Shown here: positions 9,228-22,282 of the stretch, piece by piece | Layout: each line of letters begins with the position of its first letter | Numbering within the stretch: the first letter of the stretch is position 1 | NCBI GenBank assembly: GCA_051294375.1 | Contig: CM119266.1 | Coordinates: 14,612,755-14,676,754 of the forward strand | DNA: 64,000 nucleotides | Origin: Paraspadella gotoi | Taxonomy: Eukaryota; Animalia; Chaetognatha | Direction of reading: 5' to 3' | The notes under the pieces: generated by a model | What the model was told of the DNA's origin: nothing | The model's database searches: none | What the model saw: only the letters and a program-made list of their open reading frames with translations | Program-made: the position numbers and the translations under genes

Positions 9228-11102
9228 GAAGACGGGGATCCAGCGATCGAGGAGAAAACTCATGACGCTCATAGCATGGCAAATAACCCCATCTTTCGAA
9301 TTAAATATCATGGACAGTCTTTCATCATTTTCGCGAACTAACCCAATCACCCATTATTATTATCATGTGTAACTACTGTAACTGCATTGTTGTTTCGTGA
9401 ATTATCGCAGTCGTTACTTTGTAATAATTTTTTTTTTATTGCAGTTTGAAATGTGAGTGGGTACCAATGATTTTTAATGTTAAGTACTCGAAAGGCATGA
9501 ACTGGAAACAAATAATAATAATCATAATTATGATAAGAATAATAATTGTTCTAATTGTTTTAATGAACATTTCGAGAGTGTTTGAAATTCGTCGTACCGA
9601 GATTTTGAAATATATTTATATTTGTATCTTTACTATAACTAGAAACAGTCGAAACAATTTGCTCATTGCAGAAACATTTAAAATCGTTGTTTATACAGCA
9701 TAAAAAAAAAAAAAAAACAATTTAGAAGGAAAGTTGGGAAAAATGGGGCAAGAGTCTTTTAAAAGGTGATTTTTTTTTAGAGGCAAGGAGTTAAGAAGAG
9801 CGGCTATGAATAAATTATTTTAATTAAATAAAATAATTGAGCAACAAAAAGAAAAAAAATTTGCACCATGACTATTTGTTTAAAAAAGCTGTTTCTCTCT
9901 CTTTTGAACATCTCAATGTATATCCAGCTTTGAAAATCTCAAAGTGAAAATATCAAAAAGAATTTCTTTTAAAAAAGAGGTGAACGATGTTAAATCTTTT
10001 CGGTGACCGTAATTTAGAAAACAATTTGCGGTTGATTTTTGTTTTTTTTTTGCGAAAAGAATTATCATGCTGTGTTAGTGATTCGATTGCTATGAGGTGT
10101 CAGTTGATATCTAGTGAAAGGCTTTACTTCGCCACAAATTTTATGCATAGTTTTCTGTATGTTGCTTTGTTCGAAATACAATCAAATCCACGTAAACAAT
10201 CGACTCGTTTCATAAATAAACATTGCGTTCAATCATTGTAAAAACAGAATTTAATACAATTTTGATTAACATAAAAAAAACTTAGATGTAATGTAATTAA
10301 ACCAAGAAAAAAATTAAAAGGAAATGACAGTGTAAAGGAAAACTGACAAGTCTAAAACTAAAAACAATTGCTTTTAGGTGAAAAAATATTAAAGAAGAAA
10401 GATATTTGTTCAGATTTTTTTGCAGTGTTTATCTAGCGTCAACTTTTGTATAAATGTAACAAGCTCTTAAAACGATAAAAGAACACGTCAACAGAAGAAC
10501 AACTAATTGGAAGCGTGCGGATCGCATATAAAATTTCTCGGTCTATTCAATTCAATGAGGCGTATAGTAATAATATTAATAATAGAAATCTTTTTTACAT
10601 TCAAAAACGCCGAGTAGATTAGATCGCGGTTGTTTGTCGCAAATGTACAATTTTCTCAGAAATAAGTATAATTTTTTTTTTTTGCAATCGCGCGGCAAAC
10701 CCGTTGCAGAAATGGGATGCATAATTTCCCGCTAAATTTATAATACATTGATACAATTCGCCAAAGGACTCGGGATTGAGGGTTCACGAACTTAAGTATT
10801 CTTCACCACAATTTTTTTCCCTTCAAACTTGGCTTTTTTTTCTACGACGTAAAAAGTGATTTTGCTTTACATATTTTCAAGAGAACGTTTAAATTCAAAA
10901 TTAAACAGTATTTGCGTCGATATAAGGGGGCGTGTCCGGGACTAGGGAAAGGGGCGTTGGGAAAGGGTGGATTGGGGTCGCGGGATTTCGAGGGCAAAAG
11001 GCTGTCATCGCCGCGGACGACATCTCGACGAGTTTCTGACTTCTCATCGGTCCCTTCGAGGGTCAGGGGGTCAGGTCCGACAAAATCCTCCTCCATCGGT
11101 CA

Positions 11103-13903
11103 TCATTGGTGCGTCCCCCCGGGGTGGGGATGAGCCAGCCCCCCGGGGTGACCCAACGAAAGTCCGCCCGGCGCCCCCCAGGGGTTATAAACTCCATGTG
11201 CGGGCGGAGCGTGCATCGAGGGCGCGTAGGGAGAGGAGAAGGGGTGCTGCAGCCCCGGGTGAGTCGCGTGGGGGTGGTGGTGGTGCAAAGTAGGATGCGG
11301 CGGCGGCGGAAGTCCGCCGAGGCTTCCAAGCATGTAGGAGGGTTGCGAAGACATGGGCGGCGTCATTGGTCCGCCCGGGTTTTGCGGGTGATGGGGATGG
11401 TGGGGGTGATGATGGTGAGGATATTGATGGTGCTGAGCCGAGAGGTGAGACGATGGCGGCGTGGCGCCGCCGAACATGCCGCCACCTCCGGCGCCACCGC
11501 CACCTCCCAGTACTCCGCCGGCTCCGTTGGCCGGTCCACCGCCGGGCGTGGTGGCGCGGGCGTTGGTCTGCGACCCGATCGGAAGTCCCGAGAAATTGGG
11601 CGACGCCGACGACGTCGACGAGGACGTCGAGTGATGCTGCTGCTGATGATTGGAGGCGTCTTCTTGCTTGACGCCCACCGGCGTCGTCTGCGTCCCCGCG
11701 GAGCCGACGGGCGGCGAGTGGGCGCCGCCGCCGAGCGAGGACGAGGACAGCGCGGCTGCAGGAGCCAGGTAGTGGATCACGCCCAGTTCTTCAAGCTGAC
11801 GTCTGGCCGTGTCGTACCAACCCTGGGAGAAGGAGAGAGATTTTGGTTGGAGGGGAAGATTGAAATAACTTCATAAATAATAATTTCGTGATATTTTCAA
11901 TCATAATAGTACTTATAAATTATTAAACCAGTGGCTGCGCCAATACATGCAAATCGCTGTATGGGGGTTAATGTGACCTGCTTCTGCAGCATAAATAATA
12001 TTTTATAAATTTAAAATAAATTTTATAAATTTGTTTTGCTTGAACTATTTTTTTTAAACTTTCATTATTTTTTCAACTTGAACCATTTTTACAGTCCTTT
12101 TACATCACTCTAAAACTGTTTTTTTCAATAATTCTTCCCCACACCCTCTTCAGTCTTTTATTTTCACGCCCACATCTTGATATTACTCTCTTCCATCCTA
12201 TGCCACTCTTCCTTTCCCCCCAACCCCTTCCCAACCCCCTTCCCATGTACCTTGTTAGCCACGGGGTTAATGGGCGACGGATGCATGATCATCTCCACCC
12301 GGATCTTGCCTTCCATCTCCTTGAGCGCGGCCTGCGCCCGGGCCTGTGTGTACTTGCCCACGCAAATGAGGACCTTGACCTCCAAGAGTTTGACGACTTG
12401 GACCAAGGCCTGGTCGCAGAGCTCGTTCAGGGGGTTTCGCACGCTCACCTGGCGGAAGGGTGAGGGTGAAGCGTTGGTTTTAATAATTTTAATTAATCAT
12501 TCATTCGGTCGATAAGTAAAAAAAAAATAAATAAATAAAATAAATTAATCACCAATTCAATCGATAAATCAACTACAATTAAATCAACTAATGAACCAAT
12601 ACATCAATTAATAAATAAATAAATAAAAAAAATATTTTAAGCAATAAATTAATCAATCAATCCACCTTCAAATCTGGAGGAGTGATATTCTTTCCCGTCT
12701 TCGTCATGAACGAGAGGGGACAGTAGTTGTAGACGAACGTATTGCGGAAGAAAACGTCGGGCGTGGAGCAGAGGTCCTTGAAGAATCCCCAAAATCGGGC
12801 GCCGCTCACCTGGACGAGGGATTCGGGGGACGGAGTGGAACGATGGTGGTGTCGGCGAGGGTGGCGAAGGGGGAAAGTGAATGGCGAATGGTGCGGCGTG
12901 ACATTTTTGGGTTTTGGGGTGGGAATCGGGAGAGGAGGGGGTGAACAAGAAAATCGGGGGAGGGGGAGATGAGTTTAGAGGTTTCGAAGTAGGTAAGAGA
13001 TTACAGCGCGGAGAGGGGGAGGGCTCATTCATGCAGACGAGCGGGGTAAGGGTGAATGGGGTAAGTTCGGTGCGCTGTCATGAACGTGAAGGTGTGAAGA
13101 CTAGCTAGTGTATTTCTTTTGTGACTTGGGTTTCTAACGATGAACGATTCGACCGCGTGGAGCGATTTGCACAAGAATAAAAAGTTAGTTTCCCTTTCTT
13201 AAAAAAAAAAAAACCTTCCGAGATTTTCTCTTAAATAAAAATCATAGGATTTCGTGTCTGAAGAGAAAAGAAGAAGAAGGAAAAAAAAACGAAATTGAAA
13301 AAAAAATATGAAGGTCATTCCGGTCAAAAAGACATGAAGCAGAAATGAAGTCGATTAGACGGACAGATGGAATGACAGACAGATGGGTGGAAGAGATGAA
13401 TAAAAAAAGATGGAGGAGAGAAAGAGTTTTGAGAGAAATAAAGAGTAAGTGTATATTTTGAAAGAGAAAAAGAGAAAAAATATTTAATGAATAATAATTA
13501 AATTATGCAAAAAATTCTGGAAGGACCGAAAAAATATTTAAATATGCCGAGAAACAAAAATAATTTCATAATATATTAAGCCCTTCAAGGAAACAAAGAA
13601 AATTTAAGAATAAAAATTTATTAAAGAAAAGATAATTTAAAAAATAAAACGAAAATAGACCGGAAAAAGGGGATGAAATAAAATCGAATTGGAAACGAAA
13701 TATACATGCGAGAAGCGAAAAGAGAGAAAATAGAAGCTAAGGGAAGCGGGGGGGGGCGATAGCAAGGGGGGGGGTGATAGCGAAGCGTCAACTGGCGAAA
13801 GCGGATACGAGAGAACGAAAGTGAAAGACTTAATTGGATTGTCGCTTTTATTAGAATAAGATAATTTAATATATTTCCTCTCCTTCTCTCTCTCTTCTCT
13901 CTC

Positions 13904-13980
<77 letters not shown>

Positions 13981-14260
13981 TTCCCTTCTCCATCTCTCCC
14001 TTCGCATCGACATGCATTTTTATGAGTCTAAAAGGGCGGCAACGCGCCATAATCGCGCGCTGGCTTTTACGTGCACGAGCGCACGCGGCGCTCGTAACGC
14101 GTGCCGCATGCGAATGAGGCGCTTGGCCCAACCGAGCGTCGTTGTTTAAAGAGCGGCCCAGACGAGGCCTTCGTCGAGACGGAGATGTAGTTTTACTCGA
14201 ATCGTAAAATTCTTATCTCCGCACTGAAAATTTACTTTTTTTACGGTTGCTTCTTTCTCT

Positions 14261-14335
<75 letters not shown>

Positions 14336-15380
14336 CTCTCCTCTCTCTCTCTCACTCTATCTCTCTCTCCTCTCTCTTCTCTCTCTCTCTCTCTCTCTCT
14401 CAGTTTTTTTTAAAACTAAAAATATATGATAGATAGAATCGTTAAGCAGAGTTCGTTCCGAGAGACTGACTATTCATTCCTTTACGTTCCTGTCGCTCGT
14501 TTTTCTTTTTTTCCTCGTTTCCTTTTGTTTCTTTTTCTTTTTCTGTTTTCTTTTGTTGTTTAGTTCTTTATTTCTTTTCTTTCTTTATTTCGTTCCTTCG
14601 TTCTATCGTTTCCTCTTTCCTTCATACTCTCTTTGGTTATAAGCCCATAATCGTAAATTCAATGATAAGAATGTCCATAAGCTGTAAATGGATCTGGAGA
14701 ATATCTCTCTCGCTCTCTCGCTCTCCGCGCCTCACTTCTGGCCTTTTTTTTTTGAAGGGTCGTTTGCAACGATTCGAGTTGGCCCCAAAGAGGGCGTCTA
14801 ACGCGCAACTTCCCTTGACGCCCGCCGTTTATATTTATAACGAGAAGAGTCGGTGCTTTTCTTGACTAGCGATTCACAACATCCTGTAGAGCGAACTGCA
14901 CCGTGGTCTTTGTTGCCGTAATGGCCGCCAAGTTCAGAGCGAAATTTCGTTGAAAAGGAGCAATGCGGAGAAGAAGTAAGTGGGAGGGACTACAGTCGGG
15001 TTTAAAGTTAGAACAAAGCTTTGTAAGGGATGATGAATAGCTTCGCCAGAATAAGACGAAAAGACACAAATGTCAATAACAAGACTGACATTAACGATTT
15101 AACATATCATCAGCTTTTCCCTCTCATCGCCGCCGCCAGCGATCGAGGCCAAGTCTCCGCCCAGAGGTTTTAAAACTTTTTACGCGCGCCGTGGTCACGT
15201 GATTCGAGATATAAATTTAAAGGCGGTCATTTCGTTTTTAATTACTTGGCGCGGCTCGTGGAGATTGGAAAGGGAGCGAGAGAAATTAAACTTAAATGTC
15301 AAGCGAACGCGGATGAATTGAGGGAAAGATATCTCTTCTCTCTCTCTCTTCTCTCTCTCTCCTCTCTCTCTCTTCTCTCA

Positions 15381-15421
<41 letters not shown>

Positions 15422-18400
15422 TTCCATTTTCCCTCTCGACGACCAGGCTCATCAATCCCGCATAAAACCAGACAGGTAATAAGAAGACACTTTCACGCAG
15501 ACTCAGACTCAGAATGAATAAATATGAAAACACTTTTTCCTCTCCAATTATTTCATAGACCTCGGTCTGACATTTGGAACGGCGGTGGCAATTAAGAGAA
15601 ACCGACGAAATTATTTCAAGCCGATCGGGAAAAACGACGCGGCGGCAATTTTGCGGCATTTGTCGACCGCGTTTTGCGGCATTTGTCGGCGGGATTTTAC
15701 GGCATTTATCGGCGGTATTTCGCGCGCCATTTCTTCTTTCTTAACAAGAAATAACGTGGAATCAAATTGAATTCGTGATTTTAAATTCTTAAAGATTCAG
15801 CGAATATCTCTGAAATCCGTCGTAGTTGTTTATGTTTTTCCTTGTGGTTCTGTTTTAGGTTTTCATCCTTCTCCTCATTTGGTTTTGATTTTTTAATTAC
15901 TGTCCCAGTTTAAGTATTTACAGGGTCACTTCACTAGACGCCGCCTCTTTAACGCTTCTATTTTACAAATGTATATTTTATTTTAACAAATTAAAACGCG
16001 CAACTTTTACAAGGACTCCTGAACTACTCTTCTGTCAATAGTAGTATAGTATTCACTCTCTTCCCGCGTTTTAAAATCCTTTGCGCCATCCCAATCCAGT
16101 ATCACGACTCAAGTCGCCGATCGACTGCGTCATTCCCCCCCCTTTCTTTCCTCTTTATGCGTCGTTCGCGGCGCCTTTTTCTTGCGTCGTTTCCCCGTCA
16201 CCGGCGTCGCCTTTCTCGGCGCCGCGCGATTCCGCGACGATAAAAATGGAAAACGGCGCCATAAAAGTTTTATTGGTGTTGAGTGTAAGGCATTGTTGTC
16301 ATAAATTATCGCCGTNNNNNNNNNNAAGGGAGATTTGTCGTGGGCCGAGGTTCGGGTAGAAAAACGGAGCGGGATGATTTAGAATTTCTCCAGTCATTGA
16401 AACGCTTGATACAGATTTCGCGATCGTCGGGGATTTGTGTCCGTTTCGATCATGTCCCTGGCTTTTATAACAATGACAATGACAATAACGATGACAATAA
16501 CAATGACACAGTGACAATGTGCGTGGAGTTTTCTTGAGCGGGACCTTCTCGTGGGCGCTAGTTTTTTTTTTTTTTTTCTATTCTCTCTTTTCAATTGTGA
16601 ACCAGGATCGAGGAGAACGTAAACAGGGAACACGGTTCACGCGTATCGTCTTTTATGTTACTCATCGTTTGTCATCTTCCGTCGTCGCCTTTTGTTTTTA
16701 TCGTCGTCGTGTTCGTCGTCAACCTCGTCTCAGTTTCACGTTAAATATAGATGACGTCATCCGCTTATCGCGAAAGATAAACCGCTTCGCTGATTCGGGA
16801 AAGCCGAAAGGGGAACGACATCTCGGGCTCAGGATTAATTACGTACGAAAGAAAAAAAAACTATATTGCCTTGAACGTTGTGCAATTTTATTTGTCTTTT
16901 TCTTAAATGTTGTAATATTATAAATAATATTGTAGAAAAGTATAAAAAAGCCAAAGAGAAAGATGAGAAAAAAACCTTTTTATCAAGATGATCTGACAGG
17001 GTTCTGCTTAAGATAGATTGGTATAATGTGAGTGACAAACAGACAAAAACAGACTTGAAATACACATATTTGCAACGACTATATGTAATACGCAAAAAGG
17101 CATTGATTGGGTGGAAAGCGTGGGTTCGGTGTACGATCTCTTCGATGTCGGGTGAAGTTGGGAGAAATAAAATATAACTAATGATACGTTCATTTACATT
17201 TATCAACATATGTCCACAACTTCTTGTCTCCGCGACATTGAATGTTCGTTTTGTTTTTTTTTCTACCAACTACGAAGGGTGGCGCTTTTATCGTTTCTTC
17301 GTCTTTTGTTTCGTGCGACAAAAAACAATTTACATTTATTTTTTTTTTAAATTTGAAACAGATTTTGCACACGTAAATAAAAGACACACGAAGAAGTTGG
17401 TAGAAGTATTTGTAAAACTTGATTTACCGATAGCACTTTCCTTCGAAGATGTCCGGCACGTACCTCAGAACGGTGGCACTCGAACCCCAGGACGGGCCGT
17501 TGGGGGTGCTCGACCAGGGGTTTACCCACCGAGCCCGAAACCCCCAGCCAGTCCTTCACCATGGACACCTCACCGAAGGGCACCTGGGATTTGGAGGGCG
17601 GAAGAATAGGGGAGGGGAGGTGAGGTTCGGGGGTTGGTGAGTGAGGGGAGAGGGAGGAGGATGGGGTGAGGGAGGGAAAGATGGAAATTGAGACGGGGAG
17701 GAGAGATGTGATCAGAGATGGCATCGCCGATGGAATAGAAAATGCATACGATGAGAATTCGAATTTAATAGTAGAAGATTTCATACACCGGTTTAAGTTA
17801 TTAAGTAACCACCTTAATAAAAAAAAAACTAACCCAAAATTTCATTTTAACTTTTTTCTAAAATAATAGAAATTATAATAATATAAAATCTTAATCTCTA
17901 CGTATAAAAAAAATTAGTTAAAAATTTAATTGAAATACAGTCCTGTGCAAAAAAAGACACCCAAAAACATTATGAAAATAAATCTTGTCTTTCAGGAGCT
18001 ATAGCTCTTGAATGTTTGGACCGATTTTCTTTTAACTTATACATTTTCTATTTCAAAATCTACATTTATCATTCATAATATTTTATAATATGTGCTTAAA
18101 ATGAGTGTTACTTAATGTTTGAAGAGTGTCCTATTTTTTGGCACAGAACTGTACAATTTTGATCGCAACGTATTGCTTTGCGTTTTAATTAGTCATCGTA
18201 AAATTCTCATGGCAAAATTGTAGAAACGAAGAAGCAGCAATTGTTTTCCCCGATCGGATTCTAATTTGTTACTTAACGACATCTTGGTTTTTATAGTTTT
18301 AAAGTTAAAACCAAAATTTGTTTTTGATCGTACGACTACAAATTAAAATTAATACTCTAAATAACCATTATAAGCATTTTCCACTGTTGCTATTTCTCAA

Positions 18401-20780
18401 TGTCAGAAATTACTTGAAAAGTAACCCTGTGCTCAAATCAAGCAATAAAATTATTAAAGCATATAATTAAATTTTGAAGGGCCTTTCTCTTGGCCTTATA
18501 ACATCCCTTGACATGTTACAGTTGTGGTTTTGGCCAAAACCCTCTTACTAACAGTCTTAGCTTCATACTTAACTTGTGCCAGTACTTTGTAATTTTATTC
18601 GTTTACTCCTTGTTCTCACTAATTATATCAGTTGTTATAATTTTTTGACAACATTTAATTTTTATATTAATTTTCAATTTTACAATTACATCTGCTCTTT
18701 CTTACTCTTCAATTAAAATAAAAATTTAATTTTTGGTTATTAACCTAAAAACATTTCCAATAAATTTCAACAATTTTTCCCATTGAATTTCCTGACAATC
18801 TCAACCCAAAACTCACCCCGGTTTGCGCCATTCCGTAAGGTCCGGGGTTCATGCCCATAAACATGATGTGCTTGGGCGTGCTGCAGAACTTCTTGACGAA
18901 GCAGGAGTGGGGTTCGAACGCGTAGTCGACGGGGTTGTAGATGTGCGTGACCGGTTGCGGGTATTCCAGTTTGCTGAGAGAGTTGCAGAGACGCAGTTCC
19001 GTCTCCAGGAACTGACGGACGATTCCGGAGGAGGTGTCGACGTTGTCCAGCTTCCCGAGGTCCACGGGTTTGAGGATGGCGGTGCATTCCGCCGTCGACG
19101 CCGGATTCCCGCCGCTCGGCGTTCCTCCCGGAGTCGTCGTCGGCTTCTGACCCGTAGCGGCGCCCATGACGCCCGCGGCGCCCCCCGTACCGGCGCCCCC
19201 CGCCCCGCTCGGCGAGACTTCGGTCAAGCGCGGCGAGGAGGACGACCCGAAGCCGCCGATGGNNNNNNNNNNNNNNNNNNNNNNNNNNNCGCACGATCAC
19301 GCACCACCCCCAAGGGTCGGCTTCCGCCGCCGCCCTCGGCACCACCGCTCGCCGCCGCTCTCGGCCCGCAGCCGCCGCAGGCTCATGCCGCCTCTCAGGG
19401 ACAACTTCGTTTCCTTCGGGTCGGCCGCCGCCGCCAGCCAGCCGCCGCAGCCGCCGCCGCCGCCGGTTTTCACCAGAGCTGGCCGCCGCCGCCCATTACA
19501 TGAACGCGGTGGGCAGCGGCGGCGCCGGACGGCGTTCGTCGTTGGCGTCCTAATCGCGTCCGCCATCGACCACGCCCAAGTCGGGCAACGTCGGCGGTGG
19601 AAAGCCTTCTCGCCAGCGGCGGCGGGCCGGCGGGCAGCCACGATCGGAGGCGCCGACCCTTGGGGGTGGTGGTGATGGTGGGCGTGGTGATGACTAGCTT
19701 GCGGAGTGTAGAATGGGTTAGACGAGGGATCGTAGTAGTTGGCCGCCCGCTGCGGCGACGTCAACGTAAAGTAAGGATCCGCCGCGGCCGCCGCTTGCGC
19801 AGAGGCGTAGCCCGGTGTCGCGGCGGCGGCGGCTGCGGTGCCGAAAAAGTTCTCGGCGGCGGCGGCGGCGGAGCTCTGGTTGCAAGCGGCGGCGTACATG
19901 GACGCCGTCGACGAAGAAACCGGCGGTAAAGAGTTGAAGGGATTTTGCGGCGACGGGAAGATGGAGGATCCGGCGAAGTTGGCCGTGTGCGGCGGAGGCG
20001 GCGGCGGCGGCCAAGGGTTGTACACGTTGTTCTGAGGCTGAGAGGTGAAGGAGGAAGAGGAGGCGGCGAAAGGGGAGGAAGAGGAAGAGCGGGCAACAGA
20101 GTTGAGGCTTTGGGAGAGAGGAGTCAACGACGACGAAGACGACGTCGTTTCGCTGACGGAAGCCGTCGTCGGCGGCGTCGTCGTTGTGGAGACGTCGGAG
20201 GCGGCTGTGGGGTGGAGTCGAGGAGGGGTGGGTGGGGGGTTGGTGGGAGAATAAGGTGGAAAGGAGAATGTGAGAGAAAAAAGGGACACGTTTGGTTAAC
20301 GAAAATGTTATTAATAAAATTTAAAAAGTACGGCTGAGGAAGATGAGAAAGGAAGCATTAATGATCCACTAGAATTGTGGTGAAAAAAAAAAATCCTTTT
20401 CAAATTACTCTCTTTTATTTACAGTAGCTCAAATGCTCTACTACAAATCTACTACAGTTTTCCATATCCAACGCTTTTTTCTAACTCTCATCACATTCCT
20501 CGAAAACTCACCCGNNNNNNNNNNNNNNNNNNNNNNNNNNNNNNNNNNNNNNNNNNNNNNNNNNNNNNNNNNCTACTACAGTTTTCCATATCCAACGCTT
20601 TTTTCTACACTCTCATCACATTCCTCGAAAACTCACCCGCTGGATTGCTGAACGGCGACTGATTCCCTCCGGTCGACGAGGAATGACCCGGACTAGAAAA
20701 TCCTGCGCTGCCGCCGCCGGTGCTGCCGCCGCCGCGCGAATCAGCAGCGGATCCGCCAGGGGTGGGCGTAACGCCGCCTC
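11103..20780 (-). CDS. SMUG1: Single-strand-selective monofunctional uracil-DNA glycosylase (SMUG1, UDG family 3) with long low-complexity N- and C-terminal extensions; cleanest copy, 5' truncated at the repeat junction
   Basis: Exons: 20780(cut)-20637; 20204-18817 (..[50 protein letters not shown]; contains an N gap and an inverted segment); 17583-17464 ([29 protein letters not shown]); 12809-12666 ([30 protein letters not shown]); 12448-12251 (..[23 protein letters not shown]); 11822-11103 ([14 protein letters not shown] + tail, TGA). The motifs match human SMUG1 GMNPGPFGMAQTGVPFG, SEVSGARFW and HPSPRNP. All introns are GT-AG and phase-compatible. Confidence 0.95.
13885..14401. repeat. Two (TC)n microsatellite tracts flanking a ~250 bp GC-rich core in a SMUG1 intron
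   Basis: (TC)n at ~13885-13978 and ~14256-14401. Confidence 0.9.
15640..15726. repeat. Short imperfect minisatellite (TTTTGCGGCATTTGTCGGCG-like units, 3-4 copies)
   Basis: CGGCATTT-type cores recur at roughly 24 bp spacing. Confidence 0.6.
17938..18151. mobile_element. Tc1/mariner-type MITE (~214 bp) with TA target-site duplication, in a SMUG1 intron
   Basis: Left end TA|CAGTCCTGTGCAAAAAAAGACAC. The right end reverse-complements to TA|CAGTTCTGTGCCAAAAAATAGGACAC. CAGT termini with flanking TA are typical of Tc1/mariner; no ORF. Confidence 0.7.
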
Positions 20781-22282
20781 TAAATCGTTGTTGTTTATAC
20801 AGCATAAAAAAAAAAAAACAATTTAGAAGAAAGTTGGGAAAATGGGGCAAAGAGTTTATTAAAGGTGATTTTTTTTTAGAGGCAAGGAGTTAAGAAGAGC
20901 GGCTATGAATAAGTATTTTAATTAATAAAATAATTGAGCAACAAAAGAAAAAAAATTTGCACCATGACTATTTTTGTTTTAAAAAAGTGTTTCTCTCTCT
21001 TTTGAACAATCTCAATGTATATCCAGCTTTGAAAATTCAAAAGTGGAAAAATATCAAAAAGAATTTCTTTTAAAAAGAGGCGTTGAACGATGTTAAATCT
21101 TTCGGTGACCGTAATTAGAAAACAATTTTGCGGTTGATTTTTGTTTTTTTTTTTTGCGAAAAGATTATCATGCTTGTGTTAGTGATTCGATTGCTATTGA
21201 GGTGTCATGTTGATATCTAGTGAAAAGGCTTTATTTTTTCTTCGCCACAAATTTTATGCATAGTTTTCTGTAGTGTGCTTTGTTCGAAATACAAATCAAA
21301 TCCACGTAAACAAATCGAAAAAACCTTTTTTCGTTTTTTCATAAATAAACCCCATTTTGCGGGTTTTTTTTTTTTTTTTTTTTTTCCAAATCATCTGTAA
21401 AAACAGAATTAATAAAATTTTGATTAACATAAAAAAAACTTAGATGTAATGTAATTAAACAAGAAAAAAATTAAAAGGAAATGAACAGTGTAAAAGGAAA
21501 AACTGACAAAGTTCTAAAACTAAAACAATTGCTTTTAGAGTAAAAAAATATTAAAGAAGAAAGATTATTTGTTCAGGATTTTTTGCAGTGTTTATCTAGC
21601 GTCAACTTTTGTATATAAAATGTAACAAGCTCTTAAAACGATTTAAAAGAAAACACGTCACAGAAGAACAACTAATTGGAAGCGTGCGGATCGCATATAA
21701 ATTTCTCGGTCTATTCAATTCAATGAGGCGCTATAGTAATAAATATTAATAATAGAAATCTTTTTTACATTCAAAAACGCCGAGTTAGTTAGATCGCGGT
21801 TGTTTGTCGCAAATGTACAATTGTTTCTCAAGAAATAAGTATAATTTTTTTTTTTTGCAATCGCGGCGCAACCCGTTGCAGAAATGGGATGGCATAATTT
21901 CCCGCTAAATTTATCAATACATTGATACAATTCGCCAAAAGGACTCGGGATTGAGGGTTCACGAACTTAAGTATTCTTCACACAATTTTTTCCCTTCCAA
22001 ACTTGGGCTTTTTTTTCTTACGACGTAAAAAGTGATTTTGCTTTACATATTTTCAATGAGAACGTTAAAATTCAAATTTTAAACAGTATTTTGCGGTCGA
22101 TATTGAGCGGGGTCCGTGTCCGGACTAGGGAAAGGGGACGTTGGAAAGGGTGGATTGGGGCGCCGGGATTTCGGGGCCAAAAGGCTGGTCATCCGCCGCG
22201 GACGACTCTCGACGGTTCTGACTTTCATCGGTCCCTTCGAGGTCAGGGGTCAGGGTCCGACAAAATCCTCCTCCATCGGTCA

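Noticed and set aside
8340-9350. Arg-rich ORFs (RRRRR) overlapping the tetraspanin on both strands
   Set aside because: They are alternative-frame readings of GTC (Val) codon runs in the transmembrane helices.
11106-11876. 256-aa plus-strand ORF and similar GC-rich ORFs at 18823-20337
   Set aside because: Antisense shadows of the SMUG1 exons, except the inverted 19290-19641 piece noted in the findings.
13621-14429. ERERER / SLSLSL ORFs here and throughout 48-64 kb
   Set aside because: Translations of (GA/TC)n microsatellites.
15640-15726. Regularly spaced GCGGCATTT repeats as a possible CRISPR-like array
   Set aside because: No unique spacers, too short, eukaryotic intron and no cas genes. 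It is an imperfect minisatellite.
20433-20640. Short direct repeat on both sides of the N gap at 20515-20572
   Set aside because: Unmerged contig overlap; copies 2/3 show the sequence only once.
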